Shown here piece after piece: positions 15,207 through 20,000 of a stretch of 20,000 nt of DNA (position 1 is its first letter; each line of letters begins with the position of its first letter). A program made the position numbers and the translations under genes. The notes beneath the pieces were generated by a model. It saw only the letters and a program-made list of their open reading frames with translations. It searched no databases and was not told the origin of the DNA. The stretch is from an uncultured virus (IMG/VR IMGVR_UViG_3300030329_003290) (lineage: Duplodnaviria; Heunggongvirae; Uroviricota; Caudoviricetes): IMG/VR virus record IMGVR_UViG_3300030329_003290; one strand, given 5' to 3'.

Positions 15207-17287
15207 TACTTTTGTAAGAACTTTTTGTTCATTGTCTTAGCGACAGGAAGAACTGAGGTTACATCGATGAACTCAGCATCCGAACCATACATTCTGGTAA
15301 AAGTATTTTTACTTCTATCTCTATCCCAAGTATCTCCGATGAAATAACTAAGAACTTTTACACCACGATTACGAATCTCATTTACCATTTTGTTAGTGTG
15401 ATTGATTGCCGTATCATAGTTGTAATCGATATCATTATTAGAGAACATTGGCATTCCATCTGAAAAGTTTAGAAAGTAAGAATCTTTATCATTAGATGAT
15501 GGTTCAATTTCTTTCATCACAGCCTCAAAACATAATCCTTCAGGAGTAGTTCCTGATGGTGTTAGTAGAGGAAAAAGATTTTTGACTTTTTGAATTTTGT
15601 CAACTCTGGAATCATAAGCAATCAACATTAGTGGATAAGCATTTGAACTACGGCTTCTATAACCACCATTGGTATCTTGAGTACTTCTATAAGAGATAAC
15701 TAAATCAACATTGTTTATCATTGAACAGGCCTTAGCAATTGCCGCCACAGCGGTTTGAGTATTACTCCACTTATCTCCACCCATCGAACCACTAGCGTCA
15801 ACAGAAATGTGAAGAAAAGCATCTGAGTATTGTTCTACAAAAGTAGTATTGAAAATTCTCTCATTACCAAAACCTAACTCAGCAACTAATCTTTTATCGA
15901 TACGGCCAGAATCTTTTCTAGTCCACTTAGTCTCACGAGACTCACCACGCACCTGAAGTTTTCTACCTAAGATAGTTCCCATCACTAAACCCTTATCGAT
16001 AGCTACTTTATTAGACTCAACATAACCATAAGGATAATCTGGTTTGTAAATCATACGAACAGTATCAGACTCAGCCAGAGCTTTGTTGAATTTTCTAACC
16101 ATCAAAACTTTAGTAGGAGTTTTCTTACCATAGTAATTATCTGTAATACCTTGAGCAACATCAACATAACTCATTCCAGCAGACTCAACAGCATCCATCG
16201 AAGCTTTATCTTTTTTAGAAAGTTTCTTTTTGGTAATGTTACCATCCATAAATTTCTTCTGCTTTTTTACAGCGTTACTAAGCATTCTTTTTTGTCTATC
16301 TGATAAATCAGATAAATCCATATTGGAAGACTCACCAGCTTCTCCACTCATTGAATCGCCATCACCATCAGAATCGCCGTCACCTTTAGAACCCATATCT
16401 TTCATATCTTCACTACCCTCACCATCTCCATCGGATTGCCCTTCACCACCATCAGTTTTAGGTTGAGCTTCTATGTTAGTGAGTATAATATTGAAAACAT
16501 TTAGAGCAACACTAAATGCTTCAGCAGTAGAATCCAATGTTTTGACATTGGAAAATATTTCGGTTTTTATTTCTCTTAGTCCTGGAAGAACATCTAAAAG
16601 AGAATTCTTATTTGTAAGATTGATAATTCTAAACATATATGAATCCCAATCTACAGATGTGTATTCCTTAGAAACCAAAGCCTTATCAATCACATTAGCA
16701 TGAAAGTATTTGTCATACATAGAGTGATAATAACCTTTATAGCCAGGTGAATTTGAAAACACAAAGTAATCAATTCTCCTATCTTCTACATAGTTCAGTA
16801 AATCTTTTAGTTTACCAATTACTTCGTATCTTTCAATTCCAAGTGCTTCAGCCCTATTGAAGTATTCTTGTGGAATAGAATTTTCTAAGTTTTTTAGAAA
16901 ATCAAAATCTGAAAGTTTGATATGAGAACCCTCATGCAATGCCAAACCAACAGTTGAATCAAAAAGTTTGTCATCTAACTTAGAAGAGATAGTAACCGAC
17001 TTACCATCAGTATAACTATCGCCAGATGTATTGAAAGTAACTTTGATATCAGACTCACCAGTCACAATGGAAACAAAGTTACTGATAGCTCTCCTATAAG
17101 AAGCCAATGCAACTAAATCAACACCTTTTTTCTTCTCATCTTCATCAAAGATAGAAGTGTTGTTATCCCAACCATTATCCAACCAAAAAGAAGAATAATT
17201 GTTGGTACGATTACTAATAGAGTATTTCTCTCTAAGAGCCATCGGATTGAAATTATGTTTTATCTTTTTCATATTTTCCTTTTTCAT
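15206..17287 (-). CDS. VWA-domain protein (CobT-like) with N-terminal HExxH domain; MoxR partner
   Basis: LALHEGSH and YVEDRRID, acidic G/D/S linker, SGRID, MIDAS VDASGSM, GTTPE, FSDGMP; alternative SD-led start at 17272. Confidence 0.93.
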   Translation of the reverse strand: MKKENMKKIKHNFNPMALREKYSISNRTNNYSSFWLDNGWDNNTSIFDEDEKKKGVDLVALASYRRAISNFVSIVTGESDIKVTFNTSGDSYTDGKSVTISSKLDDKLFDSTVGLALHEGSHIKLSDFDFLKNLENSIPQEYFNRAEALGIERYEVIGKLKDLLNYVEDRRIDYFVFSNSPGYKGYYHSMYDKYFHANVIDKALVSKEYTSVDWDSYMFRIINLTNKNSLLDVLPGLREIKTEIFSNVKTLDSTAEAFSVALNVFNIILTNIEAQPKTDGGEGQSDGDGEGSEDMKDMGSKGDGDSDGDGDSMSGEAGESSNMDLSDLSDRQKRMLSNAVKKQKKFMDGNITKKKLSKKDKASMDAVESAGMSYVDVAQGITDNYYGKKTPTKVLMVRKFNKALAESDTVRMIYKPDYPYGYVESNKVAIDKGLVMGTILGRKLQVRGESRETKWTRKDSGRIDKRLVAELGFGNERIFNTTFVEQYSDAFLHISVDASGSMGGDKWSNTQTAVAAIAKACSMINNVDLVISYRSTQDTNGGYRSRSSNAYPLMLIAYDSRVDKIQKVKNLFPLLTPSGTTPEGLCFEAVMKEIEPSSNDKDSYFLNFSDGMPMFSNNDIDYNYDTAINHTNKMVNEIRNRGVKVLSYFIGDTWDRDRSKNTFTRMYGSDAEFIDVTSVLPVAKTMNKKFLQK

Positions 17288-17330
17288 TACAGGTAAAGCT
17301 ACGAATAATTTTGCTAAAATACAAGGAAAA
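17287..17330 (-). repeat. Early promoter copy 5; 44-nt direct repeat
   Basis: TTGTAT-N17-TAGCTT; 2 mismatches versus 14960-15003. Confidence 0.85.
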
Positions 17331-17332
17331 GA

Positions 17333-17893
17333 TCAACTTATTTCCAGTTTTTTTTGCCATTTTCGTTGTTTGGTAGTCATCATTTGCCACTCTGTAAGTT
17401 CATTTACGATATTTGATTTGTTCATTAGTGTTATCTTATCATCACTATATAAAGACTGTGTATAGTTACAAGCAGCGTAATATCCACTTTTATCATACTC
17501 TTTCATAACTAAATCAAGAGCTTGTTTCATTGAGAGCAGGGTGGGATTCGAACCCACGGATAACGGATTTGCAATCCGCCCCATTTGACCACTCTGGCAC
17601 CTGCTCGGCCTCAACATAGTGCTTTGTGATTCTCTATACTTTTTCAACCATCTGTCCCAACTCTTATCTGCCATAATACCCTTAGCTTTTTTAGTTCCAC
17701 CAGTACCTCTTCTGTCTAATCTATTTAGATTTTCAGATTGTTCTTCTGTTACTGGTTGGATAAAACCACCTGTCTTATGTGGATAAATAGTATGTGATGA
17801 ATATTTTTTTACAGATGAACACTCAACACATTCAGAGTAGCCAAGGTGTACTCTGTGCTTGTCCATTTTTGATTTACATTTTTTACAATTCAT
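17333..17893 (-). CDS. Zinc-finger protein (CxxC-x15-CxxC, DksA/TraR C4-like) containing a nested tRNA
   Basis: MNCKKC...RVHLGYSECVECS...YPHKTGG; the frame stays open through the tRNA-Cys into a helical C-terminal region. Confidence 0.8.
   Translation of the reverse strand: MNCKKCKSKMDKHRVHLGYSECVECSSVKKYSSHTIYPHKTGGFIQPVTEEQSENLNRLDRRGTGGTKKAKGIMADKSWDRWLKKYRESQSTMLRPSRCQSGQMGRIANPLSVGSNPTLLSMKQALDLVMKEYDKSGYYAACNYTQSLYSDDKITLMNKSNIVNELTEWQMMTTKQRKWQKKLEIS
17533..17606 (-). tRNA. tRNA-Cys(GCA), nested in the same-strand CDS
   Basis: GAGCAGG/CCTGCTC acceptor, D arm CCA-GAGTGGTCAAA-TGG, anticodon arm GCGGA-TTGCAAA-TCCGT, T arm GTGGG-TTCGAAT-CCCAC, U73. Confidence 0.93.
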
Positions 17894-17898
17894 ACTTA

Positions 17899-17928
17899 AA
17901 GCTACAAAAGAAAATGCATATAAGTCAA
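17899..17928 (-). promoter_or_regulatory. Sigma70-type phage early promoter, copy 6 (leaderless transcript likely)
   Basis: TTGACT-N18-TAGCTT, with ATG 17893 following after 5 nt. Confidence 0.8.
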
Positions 17929-17938
17929 GGAAAAAATA

Positions 17939-18007
17939 AAAAAAGGGTTCTATAGTTTTTTAAGTTTGTAATATAGTGGAAACTAAAAATCGGTCGAACC
18001 CTTTTTT
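17939..18007 (-). terminator. Long terminator-like hairpin with a structured interior
   Basis: AAAAAAGGGTTC...GAACCCTTTTTT (12 bp), inner TAGTTT/AAACTA helix, followed by a U tract. Confidence 0.6.
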
Positions 18008-18026
18008 GTAACATTGAAAAATTTTA

Positions 18027-18424
18027 GTGGGATGTAGGATTTGCGATTACACTACAACTTTTAGTTCAGATTTATTATACCTCGTACCTAACACCTAAGA
18101 GTTACCTTAGTTCTTCTAAATGATGGTTAGTCATCGTTGAAGTGAGTACAACCTCTGTGTTATTGCTTTATCTCTCTGACATAGATTAATTCAGCCATAA
18201 AGTGGGATTTCAGTTTTACCCTTACCCACAACAAGGTCAAAGAATCGCGTTCTTTATTTTCTAAAAGTACATTCCAAGTCTGATGTCCAGAAATCGTTTT
18301 TTATGACCACCACATTCGGCGGTAGATTAGTCACCACAACATCTTGGTAGATTCCCTTATGAGCTTCGATGTCACTCATTGTTCAGGCAATCCCATACAG
18401 AGTTAATTACTCTCTGTACTTTCT
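18027..18424 (-). ncRNA. Large multi-helix ncRNA, ROOL/GOLLD-class candidate
   Basis: About 400 nt with no track ORF, GC-richer than its flanks, with many nested helices (see findings); the ROOL resemblance is from memory. Confidence 0.7.
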
Positions 18425-18515
18425 AAAATTTATCAAATTGTCAAATAACTTGTATATATATGTATATAACTAATTTCTCAAAACGCATTTTTTTTTTAAC
18501 TTTTTTTCATTTTTA

Positions 18516-18968
18516 TTAAATTGTAATGTCGTAAGTTAATTTTCCCATAGTGGATGTAGGTTTATACATACCACCAACTATTATTTTATAGTCACCTGGC
18601 TCAATGTATTGAGTTCGTTCTGATTTGTATAACTTCCAAGTCCAAGTAAAATCTCGTGGTGTTCCATCTGGTTTCGGATCTCTTTTTACAGATTGTTCGT
18701 GAACGACTGTAAAGTTGGAATCAATTACCCATATTTTTGTATTTGAATTTTTGACTCTGTATCTTATTTTTACAATGTCACCGATTTTACCATCCCAAGT
18801 TTCGTGAGTATCTTTCCACGCATATAATGGATACTCATCAAATTCTTCTTGCGACACAATAGGTTTCTGTACACTCTCAACTGCTTCGTCATCACCAAAA
18901 TATGTAATTCCTAATACAACCATTATGAGTCCAAATAAAACTATTTCTAATTTATGTTCTAAATCCAT
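18516..18968 (-). CDS. Membrane-anchored protein with possible FlgD-like Ig domain
   Basis: N-terminal TM; KIRYRV..TKIWVID..FTWTW..EPGDYKIIV beta-sandwich pattern. Confidence 0.7.
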   Translation of the reverse strand: MDLEHKLEIVLFGLIMVVLGITYFGDDEAVESVQKPIVSQEEFDEYPLYAWKDTHETWDGKIGDIVKIRYRVKNSNTKIWVIDSNFTVVHEQSVKRDPKPDGTPRDFTWTWKLYKSERTQYIEPGDYKIIVGGMYKPTSTMGKLTYDITI

Positions 18969-18996
18969 TCAATTATACCTTTCTTGATTTACCTGT

Positions 18997-19026
18997 AAGC
19001 TACTAAATAATATGCATACAAGTCAA
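18997..19026 (-). promoter_or_regulatory. Sigma70-type phage early promoter, copy 7
   Basis: TTGACT-N18-TAGCTT. Confidence 0.8.
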
Positions 19027-19673
19027 GTATTTTTTATCTTTATTTCCAATTGAGATAATAAAGTATTTATCTTTTCTAACTTAGGATGATTTGGGTCTTT
19101 CTCTATTAGTTTATCTTTTGTATTTCGTAACTTACCATATGCCTTCTGTAAATCCATTAGAGCAATTCCTTTCATACTTCTTCTATAATATAAAAGTTCT
19201 AAAGCTTCATCTTCTGCTTCAGCACCACGAACACCAGCAACTGCTGTTATCTGTTCTGTTTCATAAACTTCAGAATCAACGATATCTTCTATCTCATTCC
19301 ATACAGTATTTTCCCACATAGCATCTAAATCAAAATCTATAGATTCTATTTCTACCATGTCAATACTATCTTGAATTGCCTTTTCTATTTGTTTTTGTTT
19401 TGCTCTTTCAGCAAACTCTCTATCTAAATGTACAGAACGAATTGAGTCACATTCGGATAACCACCCACCATAACCTTTCCAAGCAGGTGAACCTTTATAA
19501 TCTCTGTATTCTGTATCATCACAATCTTGTCCATAAGCAACATCTCTTTTGAACTCTGATGTTCTTGTAATATCTTGGTCTATAAGAACTTGTTCATCTA
19601 CTTGACTATAACTGAACTGGAAGTTCAGACAAATAAAAATTGTCACGGTCATATATGAAATACCAAATTTCAT
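19023..19673 (-). CDS. Hypothetical secreted acidic protein
   Basis: SD AGGAG; signal-peptide-like N-terminus ending SYS|Q; TAVAGVRG motif. Confidence 0.75.
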   Translation of the reverse strand: MKFGISYMTVTIFICLNFQFSYSQVDEQVLIDQDITRTSEFKRDVAYGQDCDDTEYRDYKGSPAWKGYGGWLSECDSIRSVHLDREFAERAKQKQIEKAIQDSIDMVEIESIDFDLDAMWENTVWNEIEDIVDSEVYETEQITAVAGVRGAEAEDEALELLYYRRSMKGIALMDLQKAYGKLRNTKDKLIEKDPNHPKLEKINTLLSQLEIKIKNT

Positions 19674-20000
19674 TATTCATTCTCCTATGGTATAATTTAG
19701 TTCCATCAAATTGCCACTCGTTATCTTGATCAGGTATTCCCAGCTCATAAGTAACTATGACACTTCTAGTACGACCTAAAACAGAAAGTGGATGTTCAGG
19801 CCAACTTTCCGTTCCTGTTAATTCTTCTTGTTCTTCGGCATATAATTCTAATTCTTCCCAAATCTGATAAGTGAATTTCTTTTCAAATCTTAGTTCTTCT
19901 AACTCAATTCTTTTTTCAAATCTTGGTACAGCCAACATACTCATTATACCAATCAACAAGATTACTATAACCATTTCAATCATAGTAAATCCTTTGTTCA
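19606..20000 (-). CDS. Prepilin-type N-terminal cleavage/methylation protein (type IV pilin/pseudopilin-like), 5' end at window edge
   Basis: The frame extends upstream of the track start: (M)NKG|FTMIEMVIVILLIGIMSMLAVPRF, a class III signal with G-1, F+1, E+5. Confidence 0.9.
   Translation of the reverse strand, partial: NKGFTMIEMVIVILLIGIMSMLAVPRFEKRIELEELRFEKKFTYQIWEELELYAEEQEELTGTESWPEHPLSVLGRTRSVIVTYELGIPDQDNEWQFDGTKLYHRRMNNEIWYFIYDRDNFYLSELPVQL

Noticed and set aside
16330..16460. GATGGTGA-type low-complexity repeats
   Set aside because: They encode the ordinary acidic G/D/S linker of CobT-like VWA proteins.
780..19026. Repeats as a CRISPR array, att sites or IS ends
   Set aside because: Dispersed, always 5' of genes, with -35/-10 spacing; no spacers, cas, integrase or transposase genes in the window.
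397..19321. All other plus-strand track ORFs (397, 4423, 6434, 6568, 6913, 9058, 9098, 10997, 11166, 14837, 16230, 16473, 17199, 19091)
   Set aside because: Antisense to well-supported minus-strand genes or regulatory DNA, with no recognisable motifs.

Overview
AT-rich, gene-dense window in which every credible gene lies on the minus strand. It reads as an accessory/host-takeover region of a large, probably marine, dsDNA phage. Protein genes include a PseT-type HAD phosphatase, peptide deformylase, 3D-domain protein, Hsp20, GH108 lysozyme, two SAM methyltransferases, a Popeye/cNMP-binding membrane protein, SnoaL, thermonuclease, a MoxR-type AAA+ ATPase with its VWA partner, a prepilin-like protein and about ten small ORFs missing from the supplied track. 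The RNA content is the most notable part: tRNA-Gly(UCC) with a swapped A8/U14 core, tRNA-Ala(UGC), a tmRNA with a 36-codon tag, a complete tRNA-Cys(GCA) nested in the sense strand of an open zinc-finger CDS, a ~400-nt ornate ncRNA (ROOL-like), and a double hairpin whose loops match the leaders of neighbouring genes. A UGA-recoded Rdx/SelW-like selenoprotein with a SECIS-like hairpin was missed by the ORF track. Three promoter classes are visible: repeated TTGACT/TTGTAT-N17/18-TAGCTT, ATATTTAT, and a sigma54-like site at hsp20. Family assignments come from motif recognition only; no searches were run.
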